This document shows positions 36,768-46,850 of a stretch of DNA of 64,000 nt, piece by piece (positions within the stretch are counted from its first letter, which is position 1; each line of letters opens with the position of its first letter). A model generated the notes under the pieces. The model saw only the letters and a program-made list of their open reading frames with translations, did no database searches and was not told where the DNA came from. The DNA is from Pirellulales bacterium (GTDB lineage: Bacteria; Planctomycetota; Planctomycetia; Pirellulales; UBA1268). Location: positions 13,302 through 77,301 of the forward strand of contig JBIIIP010000002.1 in assembly GCA_044234625.1 (NCBI GenBank), read 5' to 3'. The position numbers and the translations under genes were made by a program.

Positions 36768-37736
36768 ATGTCGAACCGACCGATCCTCGAACTGCGGGCC
36801 GCGATCCGAACGCGGCTCCGCGGCGTGTTCGACGCCACCGGGTTCGTCGAGGTCGACACGCCGACGTTGTCCCGCGAAGTGCTTCCCGAGGCCCACATCG
36901 ATCCGGTCGTCGTCCAGCTCGACGGTCCACACGACCGGCGGTATCTGCAGGCCAGCCCTGAGGCTTTGATGAAACGGCTGCTCGCCGCCGGTGGTGGACC
37001 GATGTATCAGTTCTCCCGGTCGTTTCGGGCCGGCGAACGCGGCGCCCAGCACGACGTGGAGTTCGTGCTGCTGGAGTGGTACGCACCGGGCACCGGCCTC
37101 GACGAGGCCGCGGCCCTCGTGGAGCGGCTGTGCGCCGTCGCGCTGGGCACGAGCGGGCTCGACCGCCTGACATGCACCGCCGCCTTCGGCATGCACGCGG
37201 GCATCGATCCCGTGTCGGCTTCGCTCGCTGACCTCATGGACGCGGGCCGGCGGGCCGGTGTGGGCGCGCCCGAGTCGCACCACCGCGTCCCTCCTGACGC
37301 CGTCGGCCGCGCGGCGCTCTGGGACCGCTGGTTCGAGTGCCTTCTCGCCGAGGTCGTGCAACCGCGGCTGGGCCATGGCCGGCCGACGATGCTCGAGGCG
37401 TGGCCGGCCTCCCAGGCAGCGTTCGCCCGTCTCGACGCCGACGACGCGCGGATCGCCCGCCGCTTCGAGGTGTTCGTCGCGGGAGTGGAACTGGCCAACG
37501 GCTGGGAGGAGGAGACGAGCCGCGACGTGCTCGCAGAGCGGATCGCCACGGCGAATCGCGCCCGCGCGGCCGACGGCCGCGGCCCGCTGCCCGTGCCAAC
37601 GCGGCTCCTCGACGCGCACGGGCCGGGCATGCCTGCCGGCGTCGGAGCGGCCCTCGGCTTCGACCGCCTCGTCATGCTGGCAGCGGGTGCCGATTCGATC
37701 GATGCCGTGCGGCCGTTCACATCCGCCGATGCATGA
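36768..37736 (+). CDS. epmA: EF-P lysine aminoacylase (class II LysRS paralogue, GenX/PoxA)
   Basis: About 320 aa with no anticodon-binding domain. Class II motifs are present: FVEVDTP, YQFSRSFRAGE and GVGAALGFDRLVML. Confidence 0.8.
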   Translation: MSNRPILELRAAIRTRLRGVFDATGFVEVDTPTLSREVLPEAHIDPVVVQLDGPHDRRYLQASPEALMKRLLAAGGGPMYQFSRSFRAGERGAQHDVEFVLLEWYAPGTGLDEAAALVERLCAVALGTSGLDRLTCTAAFGMHAGIDPVSASLADLMDAGRRAGVGAPESHHRVPPDAVGRAALWDRWFECLLAEVVQPRLGHGRPTMLEAWPASQAAFARLDADDARIARRFEVFVAGVELANGWEEETSRDVLAERIATANRARAADGRGPLPVPTRLLDAHGPGMPAGVGAALGFDRLVMLAAGADSIDAVRPFTSADA

Positions 37737-37758
37737 CCCGCCGCCATCCGGGTCGCAC

Positions 37759-38367
37759 TCAGTCGATGACGCAGCGGGCGATCATCCAGCGTTCCGCCGC
37801 CCGGCCCTGCCGCACCGCGGCCTCGGCGACCAGGTGGATCCGCGCGTCGATCGCGGTCGCGACGCCGCCCGCCGCACAGGGCGCCGCCGTCGCCCGCACC
37901 ACGATGCCGCCAGGAACGTCTTCACTCGCTCCATCGACGCGGAGGCGAAACGCCGCCGCGGGGCAGGCCGCGAGTTTTGCGGCGATGGCCGTCACCGCGG
38001 CGGCCGCCGCGGGCTGACACATGCTCTCCGCGTCGGCGGTCCGCCGCTCGCGGATCTCCTCCAACCACCGCTCGGCCACCACCCGGGCGCGGCCCGCGGT
38101 GATCAGTCGTGCCGTGGCCGCGGTCGACAGGGCCTGCGCCCCGAAGCCAACCGCCAGCGCCAGCCCGACGAGCGCCGCCCCCCGGCCCGCCTTCTCCGCC
38201 CCGGGCCGGCACACGTCGGCCAGGCCGAGCCACGACACCGCCACTCCCACCAGAGGGAGAATCCAGAAAAACGGGCTCACGACCGCGAGGGCCGAGAGCC
38301 CGCCAACGATCGCCGCCGCCACGGCCGCCGCGCTCACGGGCCTGTAGCTCGGGTCATCCGTCGCCAT
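37759..38367 (-). CDS. hypothetical membrane protein
   Basis: The ATG at 38367 (MATDDPSYRPVS) is followed by two hydrophobic helices (AAVAAAIVGGLSALAVV, FFWILPLVGVAVSWLGL). It overlaps the upstream gene end by 14 nt. Confidence 0.55.
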   Translation of the reverse strand: MATDDPSYRPVSAAAVAAAIVGGLSALAVVSPFFWILPLVGVAVSWLGLADVCRPGAEKAGRGAALVGLALAVGFGAQALSTAATARLITAGRARVVAERWLEEIRERRTADAESMCQPAAAAAVTAIAAKLAACPAAAFRLRVDGASEDVPGGIVVRATAAPCAAGGVATAIDARIHLVAEAAVRQGRAAERWMIARCVID

Positions 38368-40189
38368 GCGCCTGCCCCTGGCCGGTTCCTTCCGACAGCA
38401 CGCGTTGGATCTCCTCGATCCCCGTGACGCCCACCGCCACCTTCGCCAATCCATCCCGCTTGAGTGGCTTCATGCCATCCTTGACGGCCGCCTGCCGCTG
38501 CACTTTCGCATCCGCCCCGGCGGCGATGGCGGCATTCAGCGTGGGGCCCGACGCGATCTCGAAAATGCCGGTGCGGCCCATGTAGCCGGTGCCGGTGCAT
38601 ACGGCGCAGCCCCCTTTCCGGGCCCGGCGCAGGGTGGGCGCCGCATTGCGGTCCAGCCCGAGCTTGCCAAGCAGACCGAGCGAGGGAAGGAATTCCTCAT
38701 GGCACTTCGGACAGACCTTACGGACGAGACGGCTGCCGACCGCAGCCAGCAGCACCCGGCCCAGGAGGTCGGCGTCGATGCCCAGCGCACGCAGCGCGGC
38801 GATCCCCTCGAAGGCATCGCCCCCCCTGACGCCGACCACCACGAGCTTGCCATCGGCCGCCTGGGCGACCATTTTTCCGGCGAGCTCAGGGTCCCCGAGA
38901 TCGCAGGTGACGAAGGCGCCCGGGTATTCCCGCATGGCCAGGTCGAATGCCGCGCCGGGAGTGATCTGCTTCGTGGCGTCCCAGCGGGCCGGCTTCACGT
39001 TCTGGATCTCGGGCCGCGGGTTCTGGCCGTCTTCGATGACGACGAACTCGCGGAGCAATCGATCGGCCGACTCGATGACGCGGTCGAACATGGTCGACAA
39101 GCCGCCTCGTCGGGGCGTCGCCAGCACGATGAGGCCGCTTTCGAAGCTCATCAGCTCCGACATCCGCGCGGCCACCTCGGGAGCCATGCCGATGTCGGCC
39201 AGTGTTTTCGGCTTGAGCCGGCCGTAGTCGAGCGACACCTGCACCCTTTCGCCGGCCTGCACGCCCCGTGACATCACCCGGCACGGCCAAGGCTTGCCGT
39301 CGATCACCGTCTGGCATCTGCCGAACTGTGGCCTGCGGTGCTCCTCCGGGTCGAGACCGCCGACCTTCTTCAGCAGGGCCACCACACGGTCGCCCGCTTC
39401 CCGTTCGAACGTGTGCACCGACTTCCACACGCCGTCGACCTCGCCCCGGGCCGCCACGTTCTTTTGCGTGCGCTCGATCACCAGTTCGCTGGCGCGGCCC
39501 TTGACCGCCGCCGCGACGAGCGCGCATGCCGACGCGTATGCCGGTGAAGCCGCCACCTCCTCGAGCCGTACCCGGGCCTGATCGGCGTCGCCGCCGGGCG
39601 CCGCGTTGAATGACACGACCGGACCGGCTGGTTTGACGACGGCCTGCTTGTCTTTGCCGCGCCGGAAGAATCTTCCCAGGAAGCCCCACCATGGATCGCG
39701 GGGCGGCTCCTCCAGTTCGCCGCCGAAGGACAGCAGCAACTCGCGGCCCTGCGGCGTGTTCCGCAGCACCACGCGACAGGGCCACCGCGACGTCCGCACC
39801 CGCACGATGCACTCCCCTTCGAGCACATCCTTCGCCTCCCGCGGCTGCGGCCCGGCGAGCGTTTCGAGGGCCTCGAGGATGGCGGCGCCGTCATCCCGGG
39901 AAAGGGTGTCTGTCGCCGTCCGCCAGGCGCCGTCGATCCGACGCCGCACGCTCATCGATTCCCGGGCCTGCTCGAGGAGCACGCCCGTGGCCCCCAGCCC
40001 GATGGCCTCGCCGACCAGTTTCCGGGCTGGCTTGGAGCCGGGCATCCATGCCGCCGCCCGTCGCCGCTCGGCCTCTTCCTCGGGCGTCGGGCCGCCGGCC
40101 GCCTCGAACTTTGCCGATTGGAAGCGGACCTGCTTGTGCTTGGTCGCGGCTGGGGCAGCCTTGCGGCCAAAAAACGGAAATGCAGCCAT
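38354..40189 (-). CDS. PilB/GspE-family secretion-ATPase homologue with degenerate nucleotide-binding motifs
   Basis: The C-terminal tetracysteine CPKC...CAVC and YMGRTGIFE are retained and the N-terminal RxDG-type domain is duplicated, but the Walker A position reads ATPRRGGLST. See the finding. Confidence 0.75.
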   Translation of the reverse strand: MAAFPFFGRKAAPAATKHKQVRFQSAKFEAAGGPTPEEEAERRRAAAWMPGSKPARKLVGEAIGLGATGVLLEQARESMSVRRRIDGAWRTATDTLSRDDGAAILEALETLAGPQPREAKDVLEGECIVRVRTSRWPCRVVLRNTPQGRELLLSFGGELEEPPRDPWWGFLGRFFRRGKDKQAVVKPAGPVVSFNAAPGGDADQARVRLEEVAASPAYASACALVAAAVKGRASELVIERTQKNVAARGEVDGVWKSVHTFEREAGDRVVALLKKVGGLDPEEHRRPQFGRCQTVIDGKPWPCRVMSRGVQAGERVQVSLDYGRLKPKTLADIGMAPEVAARMSELMSFESGLIVLATPRRGGLSTMFDRVIESADRLLREFVVIEDGQNPRPEIQNVKPARWDATKQITPGAAFDLAMREYPGAFVTCDLGDPELAGKMVAQAADGKLVVVGVRGGDAFEGIAALRALGIDADLLGRVLLAAVGSRLVRKVCPKCHEEFLPSLGLLGKLGLDRNAAPTLRRARKGGCAVCTGTGYMGRTGIFEIASGPTLNAAIAAGADAKVQRQAAVKDGMKPLKRDGLAKVAVGVTGIEEIQRVLSEGTGQGQAHGDG

Positions 40190-40196
40190 GACCGGA

Positions 40197-41357
40197 TCAG
40201 GTTACCCCGATGCCCTTCAAGGCCATCTGCAGGGCTTCGCGGTTGGGGGCGATCTCGAGCGCGTCCTGGCGATCGATCAACCCCCGGTCGATGAGGCCCT
40301 TGAGGCTCATCGTGAAATCCTGCATTCCGTCGCGCGACGACTTCTTGATGTGGTCGGCGAGCAGGTGCTCCTGCTCCTCGAGCACGTATTTCCTCACCAG
40401 CGGGTCGAAGAACATCATCTCCACGATTGGCACGCGGCTCACGCCGGGCTTGATCGACTTGAGCAACTTCTGGGCCACGATGCCCTTCAGGTTGAAGGCC
40501 ATCGCGCTGCGGATCGCTGAGTGCTCCTCCTGTGGAAACAGGTCGAGGATCCGGGTCACGGTGCTCGGAGCACTGGACGCGTGGATCGTGCCGAACACGA
40601 GGTGCCCCGTTTCGGCGGCATGGATCGCCGTCTTGAACGTCTCCACGTCGCGCAACTCACCCACGAGGATGATGTCGGGATCCTCGCGGACGGCGTGCTT
40701 CATGCCGATCTCGAAATCCTTCACGTCGGCGCCGATCTCGCGTTGGTTGATGAGGCACTTGTCATCGGTGAACACGAATTCGATCGGGTCCTCGAGCGTG
40801 AGGATGTGCTTGCGGTAGTGGCGGTTGATGTAGTTCAGCATCGAGCCGATCGTGGTGCTCTTGCCGGAGCCCGTGACGCCGGCGAGGAGCACCATGCCCT
40901 GATCGAGCTGGCAGAGCCTCTCAATGGCCGGCGGGAGGTAGAGCTTCTCGAAATCGGGAATACTGTCGTTGACCTTCCGCGCCACCATCCCCATCGTGCT
41001 CTGCTGCGTGAGCACATTCACGCGAAACCGCCACCTCTTGCCATCGACCTCGGCGGTATGGGCGAAGTCGGCGCCGCCGTCCGCCTCATAGATCGCCCGC
41101 TGCCGGGCATTCATCATCGGCAGGCACAGCCGCCGCATGTGCTCGGCATCGATGGGCGGATGCTTCAGCGGCTGCAGCGTGCCCTTCACGCGGATGAAGG
41201 GGGGCTGCCCGGCCTTGAGATGCAGGTCACTCCCGCCGAGCTTCACGAGAGCCTCGAAGAGCCGGTCGATCTCCAGGTCTTTCGCCGTCGCGCCGGCCCC
41301 GCGGCTCACCGGGGGCGGTTCCGGGGATGCATCGGGGCTGGGTGAGGTCGTGGACAT
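40197..41357 (-). CDS. pilT: type IV pilus retraction ATPase PilT
   Basis: Walker A LLAGVTGSGKSTT, Walker B/Asp box DPDIILVGELRD and His box GHLVFGTIHASSA, at a PilT-typical length of 386 aa. Confidence 0.9.
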   Translation of the reverse strand: MSTTSPSPDASPEPPPVSRGAGATAKDLEIDRLFEALVKLGGSDLHLKAGQPPFIRVKGTLQPLKHPPIDAEHMRRLCLPMMNARQRAIYEADGGADFAHTAEVDGKRWRFRVNVLTQQSTMGMVARKVNDSIPDFEKLYLPPAIERLCQLDQGMVLLAGVTGSGKSTTIGSMLNYINRHYRKHILTLEDPIEFVFTDDKCLINQREIGADVKDFEIGMKHAVREDPDIILVGELRDVETFKTAIHAAETGHLVFGTIHASSAPSTVTRILDLFPQEEHSAIRSAMAFNLKGIVAQKLLKSIKPGVSRVPIVEMMFFDPLVRKYVLEEQEHLLADHIKKSSRDGMQDFTMSLKGLIDRGLIDRQDALEIAPNREALQMALKGIGVT

Positions 41358-41369
41358 GGCGGGGTGCGG

Positions 41370-42143
41370 TCAGGAGGGCGGGCGGACGGGAATACCCCGC
41401 TCCGCGAACAAAGCCTTCACTTCCCGGATCGTACACTGCCCGAAGTGGAAGATTCCAGCGGCCAGCGCCGCATCGGCTCCGCCGAACTCGACCGCGTCGG
41501 CGAGGTGCGCCGCACACCCCGCTCCCCCACTGGCGACCACCGGGATGCCCACCGCCCGGCTGACGGCGGCCGTGATCTCCAGGTCGTAGCCGTCGCGGGT
41601 GCCGTCGCGATCCATGCACGTGAGGACGATCTCGCCCGCGCCCAATTCCTCCACCCGCCGGGCCCACGCCACGGCCTCGAGCCCCGTGGGCACGCGGCCG
41701 CCGTTGACGAACACCTCCCACACCTCGCGGCCTTCGCGGCTCACGCGCTTGGGGTCGATGTTCACCACCGTGGCGCAGCTTCCCAACCGGTCGGCCACGG
41801 CCGTGACAAGCTCGGGCGTTCGTACCGCCGATGAGTTGATGCTCACCTTCTCCGCCCCGGCATGGATGAGCTGCACCGCATCGTCGAGCGTGCGGATGCC
41901 GCCGCCGACCGTGAACGGCATGAAGATCGTCTCCGACACCCGCCGCACCACGTCGAGCATGATCGCCCGCCCCTCGTGGCTGGCGGTGATGTCGAGAAAC
42001 ACGAGCTCGTCGGCCCCCTCCGCCTCGTACCGCGCCGCCACCGCCACGGGGTCACCCGCGTCGACGAGATCGAGAAACCGCGTCCCTTTCACGACGCGCC
42101 CCTTCTCGACATCCAGGCAGGGAATGATGCGCTTCGCGAGCAT
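41370..42143 (-). CDS. hisF: imidazole glycerol phosphate synthase cyclase subunit
   Basis: [20 protein letters not shown]...[11 protein letters not shown]...GGGIR... Full length at 257 aa. Track ORF 41370..42650 extends upstream into thiG antisense. Confidence 0.95.
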   Translation of the reverse strand: MLAKRIIPCLDVEKGRVVKGTRFLDLVDAGDPVAVAARYEAEGADELVFLDITASHEGRAIMLDVVRRVSETIFMPFTVGGGIRTLDDAVQLIHAGAEKVSINSSAVRTPELVTAVADRLGSCATVVNIDPKRVSREGREVWEVFVNGGRVPTGLEAVAWARRVEELGAGEIVLTCMDRDGTRDGYDLEITAAVSRAVGIPVVASGGAGCAAHLADAVEFGGADAALAAGIFHFGQCTIREVKALFAERGIPVRPPS

Positions 42144-42145
42144 CG

Positions 42146-42976
42146 CTACCTCGAGATCCGCCCGCCGTCCGGGCTCGAGGCGGTGGCGTAGAGGCGGCGC
42201 GGCATGCGGCCGGCGAGAAAGGCCTGCCGCCCCGCGTAGCACGCGGCCTTCATCGCCCGCGCCATCCGCAGCGGCTCGGCCGCATGGGCGATGGCGGTGT
42301 TGAGGAGCACGCCATCCACGCCCAGTTCCATGGCCTCGGCGACGTCGCTGGCGGTACCGACCCCAGCATCCACGATCACCGGGTAGTCCGGATCGCCGTC
42401 CTTGAGATACTCCATGCAGATCCGCAGGTTGTTGGCATTGAGGATCCCCTGCCCGGAGCCGATCGGACTGCCGGCCGGCATCACGCTGGCGGCGCCGAGC
42501 TCCTTGAGACGCCGTGCCACCACGGGATCGTCGCTGGTGTAGACGAGCACGGTGAAAGAGTCCTCCACGAGACGGGCGGTGGCTTCGAGCGTGCCCACCG
42601 GGTCGGGCAACAGCGTCTTCGGGTCGCCCAACACCTCGAGCTTGACCCACTCGGCGCCGGGATTCCCGAGGTCGCGGAGCAGTTCCCGGCCGAGCCGGGC
42701 CACCCGCACCGCCTCGTCGGCCGTGTAGCAGCCGGCGGTGTTCGGCAGGAGCGTGTACCGCGAGGCGTCGAGATGGTCGAGGATGTTCTCGCCCGCGGCA
42801 TTGACGAGCCGCTCGCGGCGCACGGCCACGGTCACGCAGTCGGCGCCGGATGCCTCGAGGCAGCGGGCCATCTCCGCGTAGCTCGCATACTTGCCCGTGC
42901 CCACCACGAGCCGGCTGGTCAGGCTGACGCCGCCCACCCGGAGGGCATCGGCATCGGTATCGGTGGAAACGCTCAT
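42146..42976 (-). CDS. thiG: thiazole synthase
   Basis: [37 protein letters not shown] and [12 protein letters not shown]. The ATG at 42976 lies within the longer track ORF. Confidence 0.9.
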   Translation of the reverse strand: MSVSTDTDADALRVGGVSLTSRLVVGTGKYASYAEMARCLEASGADCVTVAVRRERLVNAAGENILDHLDASRYTLLPNTAGCYTADEAVRVARLGRELLRDLGNPGAEWVKLEVLGDPKTLLPDPVGTLEATARLVEDSFTVLVYTSDDPVVARRLKELGAASVMPAGSPIGSGQGILNANNLRICMEYLKDGDPDYPVIVDAGVGTASDVAEAMELGVDGVLLNTAIAHAAEPLRMARAMKAACYAGRQAFLAGRMPRRLYATASSPDGGRISR

Positions 42977-43040
42977 CAGACCTTCGTCTACGAATCGTGC
43001 CGGCGGCGGCCCGCCCTGGCGACGGCCGGGCGGCCGGGCA

Positions 43041-43244
43041 TCAGCCGCCGCCCACGAGGGTGACGACTTCGAGTCGATCGCCTTCCGCAAGCATACAGCT
43101 TTCCAAGCGGGCCCGCGGCACGACCTCGCCATTCACCTCGACGGCGACGGGCCGGCCTTCGAGGCCCAGGTCGCGGACCAGCGCCAGGGCCGTCGCCCCG
43201 CAGTCGCACTCCCTTCGTTCGCCGTTCAGGATGATCGTGGGCAT
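43041..43244 (-). CDS. thiS: sulfur-carrier protein ThiS
   Basis: 67 aa reading [12 protein letters not shown]...[12 protein letters not shown], ending in the GG required for thiocarboxylation. It lies immediately upstream of thiG. Confidence 0.75.
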   Translation of the reverse strand: MPTIILNGERRECDCGATALALVRDLGLEGRPVAVEVNGEVVPRARLESCMLAEGDRLEVVTLVGGG

Positions 43245-43249
43245 GGCGT

Positions 43250-43789
43250 TCAGGGCGTGGCCCCGCCGCCGCGCGGATTGGCCTTGTCGAGCAGCACGAA
43301 CTCGCCGACGAACGGCGCGCCAGTGGCCGACTGTTGCGGGCTCCACGGAATTCCATAAGCCACGGTGACGCCCGTCGCCGAATCAGTCACGTAGAGCACC
43401 GAGGCCGCCAGCGGGACGCGGCCACCCCGGAGATCGGCCGTCCCGGCCACGAGAAGAAAACGCGGATTCTTCGCGTCGCCCGGCTTGAAGCCCAGATCCT
43501 TGAGCACGTTGCCCTTGTACGCCGCCGTGAACTTCCGGGCGTTGGGGTGCAGCACGCCACCGGAAAGATCGCCTGTCTCGAAATCGAGGATGAAGAAGCC
43601 TTCATTGGAGGAGTCGACGGGCGCCGTGCAGACGGCGAACGTGTCGTCGGCGAGCGACGTCACCGCGAACGCCTTGGGCAAGGCCGGGCGGGCGGCAGAC
43701 GCGACCACGAGCGCACCCGCGAGACCGCCCACCAGGGCCGCAAACCCAACACCGGCCGCTACGGCGGCCCCCTGCGACACACGTTTCAT
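43250..43789 (-). CDS. hypothetical membrane-anchored/secreted protein
   Basis: The ATG at 43789 is followed by [33 protein letters not shown]. The remainder is non-repetitive. No motif recognised. Confidence 0.55.
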   Translation of the reverse strand: MKRVSQGAAVAAGVGFAALVGGLAGALVVASAARPALPKAFAVTSLADDTFAVCTAPVDSSNEGFFILDFETGDLSGGVLHPNARKFTAAYKGNVLKDLGFKPGDAKNPRFLLVAGTADLRGGRVPLAASVLYVTDSATGVTVAYGIPWSPQQSATGAPFVGEFVLLDKANPRGGGATP

Positions 43790-43823
43790 GCACTCCCTCC
43801 CTCGGTCACGATGTGGTCGCTGA

Positions 43824-45485
43824 TCACTTCGCCGGCGCGGCCGCGGCCCTGGGCACGACCATGAGACGGAACTTTCCCAGCGCGTGCTGGCCGTCGGCAT
43901 ACTGCTGGTCGATGGTCACCGTGAGCGGAGCGCCCGCGGGCACCTTCACATCGGGGGCGAGGTCGAACGTTGCCACGAGCGGCTTGCCCGTGCCACCGGC
44001 GATCGCCCAGCCGGTGGCGGGGTTGTCGTCGATGGCGCCGGCCGCCGTGAAGTTGGGCTGCTCATGTTCGGCCGTCGCACAGCAGAAGGTGGCCTTCGTG
44101 GGCGTGTCCGCCTTTCCGGGCTCACCGTAGAGGACGCTGAACGTCGTGACCACGAAGTTGCCGTTGCCGGCGCGGCCAGGCCCCTGCGAAGGCAGGCTCG
44201 GGTCGGGCAGCACCTCCAGCCGGATCGACTTCGGCTCGACGCCGGCGGGCAACGCGGTCTTCACGGAGTAGGTGTCTTGGGAGAGGTTGCCGGCCACCAA
44301 CACGATCCCATCCGCCGCGATCGCGGCCGTGGCTCCGGCCATGCTCTTGAAGTCGGTCGGCAGGAGCGGCAATGGCTCGACGCCGGAGGCAGGCTGCGTT
44401 GCGGCCGGGGCAGCCGGCGGCACGGGGTCGGCAGGCGGTGTGGGGGGAGGGGGCGTGGCAGCCACGGCGGCCGGCGGAGGAGGCGGCGGGGGCAGCAGTT
44501 TGGCGGCCGGCACGGAGACGAGACTGGCTCCGGCATGCGTGCCGACGAGCATCGTCCTGCCGTCGGGGGCGAACGTGACGCACCACACGCTCGACGTGGC
44601 CGCCGGAGGACCTTCCTGCTCGCCCTGGGCATTCACGTCCCAGAGTTTCACGGTCCCGTCGAGGCAGCCACTGGCCAAGCGGCCGCCGTCGGGCGAGAAG
44701 GCCACGCTCGTCACCCAGTCCTTGTGGCCTTTGAAGGTGGCCCGCTCCTTGCCGTCGGCGATCGTCCAGAGCCTGATCGTGCGATCCGCGCCGGCGGAGG
44801 CGAGCACCGCGCCATCCGGCGAAAACGCCACCGACCAGATCGCGTCGCCGTGTCCCTCGAGCTTGGTCTTCTCGGCGCCGCTGGCCACGTCCCAGAGCTT
44901 CACGACCTTGTCGCCACCACCGGTGGCGAGCGTGCCGCCGTCAGGCGAAAACTGCACGGCCGTGGCCGGCCCGGCGTGGGCGGCGATCGCCCTCAACTCA
45001 TCGCCGTTTTCCGTGCCCCACACGATCACCGTGCCATCCTCCCCCGCCGTCGCCAGTTTCGAGCCGTCGGGGGAAATATCGAGCGCTCGCACCCAGCCCT
45101 TGTGCTTCTTCAGATCGACTTTCAGCGTCCGCGAGGCGAAGTCCCAGAGTTTCACGAGGCCGTCATAGCCGGCGGTGGCGGCGAGTTTGCCATCCTGCGA
45201 GATCTTCACCGCCCAGACCGACGTTGGATGGCCGGCGAGATCACCCAGGCGGGTGCCATCGGCCTTCCACACCACGGCGTCGCCGGGGCGATAGAGCAGG
45301 CTCTCGCCTCCGACGGTGACGAACGAACCGCCGTCATGGGCAAAGTCGGCCGCGATGACCCAGCGGGGAAAGGCCGCCAGTGTTTCGGGGGCGACGGGGT
45401 CGGCGGAGGACGCGGACCGCGCCGCCGCGGCCGCCCCGAGCGCGGCGAGGAGAAACAGGGGCAAGCATCGCATGGCTTCGATCAT
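43824..45485 (-). CDS. secreted WD40-repeat protein with poly-Pro linker and C-terminal beta-rich domain
   Basis: Signal MRCLPLFLLAALGAAAAA. At least six WD repeats (VKLWDF, VIVWGT, VKLWDV, IRLWTI, VKLWDV), then PPPPPPPAAVAATPPPPTPP, then a domain ending GKFRLMV. Confidence 0.85.
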   Translation of the reverse strand: MIEAMRCLPLFLLAALGAAAAARSASSADPVAPETLAAFPRWVIAADFAHDGGSFVTVGGESLLYRPGDAVVWKADGTRLGDLAGHPTSVWAVKISQDGKLAATAGYDGLVKLWDFASRTLKVDLKKHKGWVRALDISPDGSKLATAGEDGTVIVWGTENGDELRAIAAHAGPATAVQFSPDGGTLATGGGDKVVKLWDVASGAEKTKLEGHGDAIWSVAFSPDGAVLASAGADRTIRLWTIADGKERATFKGHKDWVTSVAFSPDGGRLASGCLDGTVKLWDVNAQGEQEGPPAATSSVWCVTFAPDGRTMLVGTHAGASLVSVPAAKLLPPPPPPPAAVAATPPPPTPPADPVPPAAPAATQPASGVEPLPLLPTDFKSMAGATAAIAADGIVLVAGNLSQDTYSVKTALPAGVEPKSIRLEVLPDPSLPSQGPGRAGNGNFVVTTFSVLYGEPGKADTPTKATFCCATAEHEQPNFTAAGAIDDNPATGWAIAGGTGKPLVATFDLAPDVKVPAGAPLTVTIDQQYADGQHALGKFRLMVVPRAAAAPAK

Positions 45486-45629
45486 CCGATGGGATAGTGA
45501 ACCCGTGGCGACGCCGTCGCCGCGACTGGCCCCCCAGTATAGTTGCCGCGCCGACCGCGTTCGACCGAAGAAAAAATCGGTCTCGCCCGCCTCCTGCGTC
45601 GTGCGCCCGCGGGCTCGTTCTCCGGGCCG

Positions 45630-46772
45630 TCAGGCCACTGCCAGCATCCGCTCGAGCGCCACGACCGACCACCGCGCCGTCTCGTCATCGACACGGATCA
45701 CGTTCACCGGCCTGCCCCGCTCAAGGTGCTCCAGGCTCCAGCAGAGATGGGCCAGGTCGATGCGATACATCGTCGCGCACATGCAGACCACCGGCGACAG
45801 AAAGCGGATCGTCTGCTCCGGGTGCCGCTGCTCCAGCCGCTTGACGAGGTGCAGCTCCGTGCCGATCGCCCAGGTCGTCCCGGGAGCCGCCTCGTCGACC
45901 TGCCTGAGGATATAGCTCGTCGAGCCGGCAAGATCGGCCTTGTCGACGACTTCCATCGAGCATTCCGGGTGGACGAGCACCTTCACGCCGGGAAGGGCGG
46001 CCCGCATGGCGTCGACGTGCTCCGGCTTGAACATGGCGTGCACGCTGCAATGGCCCTGCCAGAGGATCACGCGGCTCTTCTGCAGTTGCTCCCGCGAGTT
46101 GCCCCCAAGCGTGGGGTCATGGGGATTCCACACGCGCATCTCGTCGAGCGGGATGCCCATCTTCCGCGCGGTGTTGCGGCCCAGGTGCTGGTCGGGGAAA
46201 AAAAGCACGCGACGGGTGCGGGCGAACGCCCATTCGAGCACGGCGCGGGCGTTGCTCGACGTGCAGACGATGCCGCCATGTCGGCCGCAGAAAGCCTTCA
46301 GGCTGGCGGCGGAGTTGATGTAGGTGACGGGCGTCACGTCCGACGTGTCGATCACGCCGCCGAGGTCGGCCCAGGCATCCTCCACCTGCTCGATGCCGGC
46401 CATGTCGGCCATCGAGCAGCCGGCCGCCATGTCGGGAAGCACCACCGTGATCCGGCGACCGCCGCGGGCGGCCAGCCGCTCCGGACGGTTGACGAGGATG
46501 TCGGCCGTCTCGGCCATGAAGTGGACGCCGCAAAACACGATCGCCTCGCAGCCCGCGCGCTCGGCGGCCGACTTCGAGAGCTGGTAGCTGTCGCCCTGCA
46601 GATCCGCGTGGGCGATCACGCCATCCTGCTGGTAATGATGGCCGAGGATCACCAGCCGCGGGCCCATCCGCCGGCGCACCGCCTCGATCCGCGCGTCGAG
46701 CACGGCATCCTCGAGCCCGCGGTAGGCAGGGAACGGACTGGCCAGGACGACGTCGGCGACGGAGGTGGGCAT
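45630..46772 (-). CDS. nadA: quinolinate synthase
   Basis: ILGHHYQ, IVFCGVHFMAETADIL, PDMAAGCSMADM, VTYINSAASLKAF, HPEC. The ATG at 46772 lies within longer track ORF 45630..47210, whose upstream part is antisense to the Lys-rich gene. Confidence 0.9.
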   Translation of the reverse strand: MPTSVADVVLASPFPAYRGLEDAVLDARIEAVRRRMGPRLVILGHHYQQDGVIAHADLQGDSYQLSKSAAERAGCEAIVFCGVHFMAETADILVNRPERLAARGGRRITVVLPDMAAGCSMADMAGIEQVEDAWADLGGVIDTSDVTPVTYINSAASLKAFCGRHGGIVCTSSNARAVLEWAFARTRRVLFFPDQHLGRNTARKMGIPLDEMRVWNPHDPTLGGNSREQLQKSRVILWQGHCSVHAMFKPEHVDAMRAALPGVKVLVHPECSMEVVDKADLAGSTSYILRQVDEAAPGTTWAIGTELHLVKRLEQRHPEQTIRFLSPVVCMCATMYRIDLAHLCWSLEHLERGRPVNVIRVDDETARWSVVALERMLAVA

Positions 46773-46781
46773 GCAACGTAG

Positions 46782-46787
46782 TGTATA
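46782..46787 (-). promoter_or_regulatory. -10-like hexamer TATACA, 9 nt upstream of the nadA ATG
   Basis: The reverse strand reads ctcTATACActacgttgcATG. Confidence 0.25.
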
Positions 46788-46850
46788 GAGGGGAGTGCCG
46801 CTGCGTAGGCGGCCGCAGACGCTATACTGCGGCTTCGTTTCCCCGGCAGA

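Noticed and set aside
43884-45497. 537-aa + strand ORF
   Set aside because: It is antisense to the WD40-repeat protein, which has clear LWD repeats and a signal peptide.
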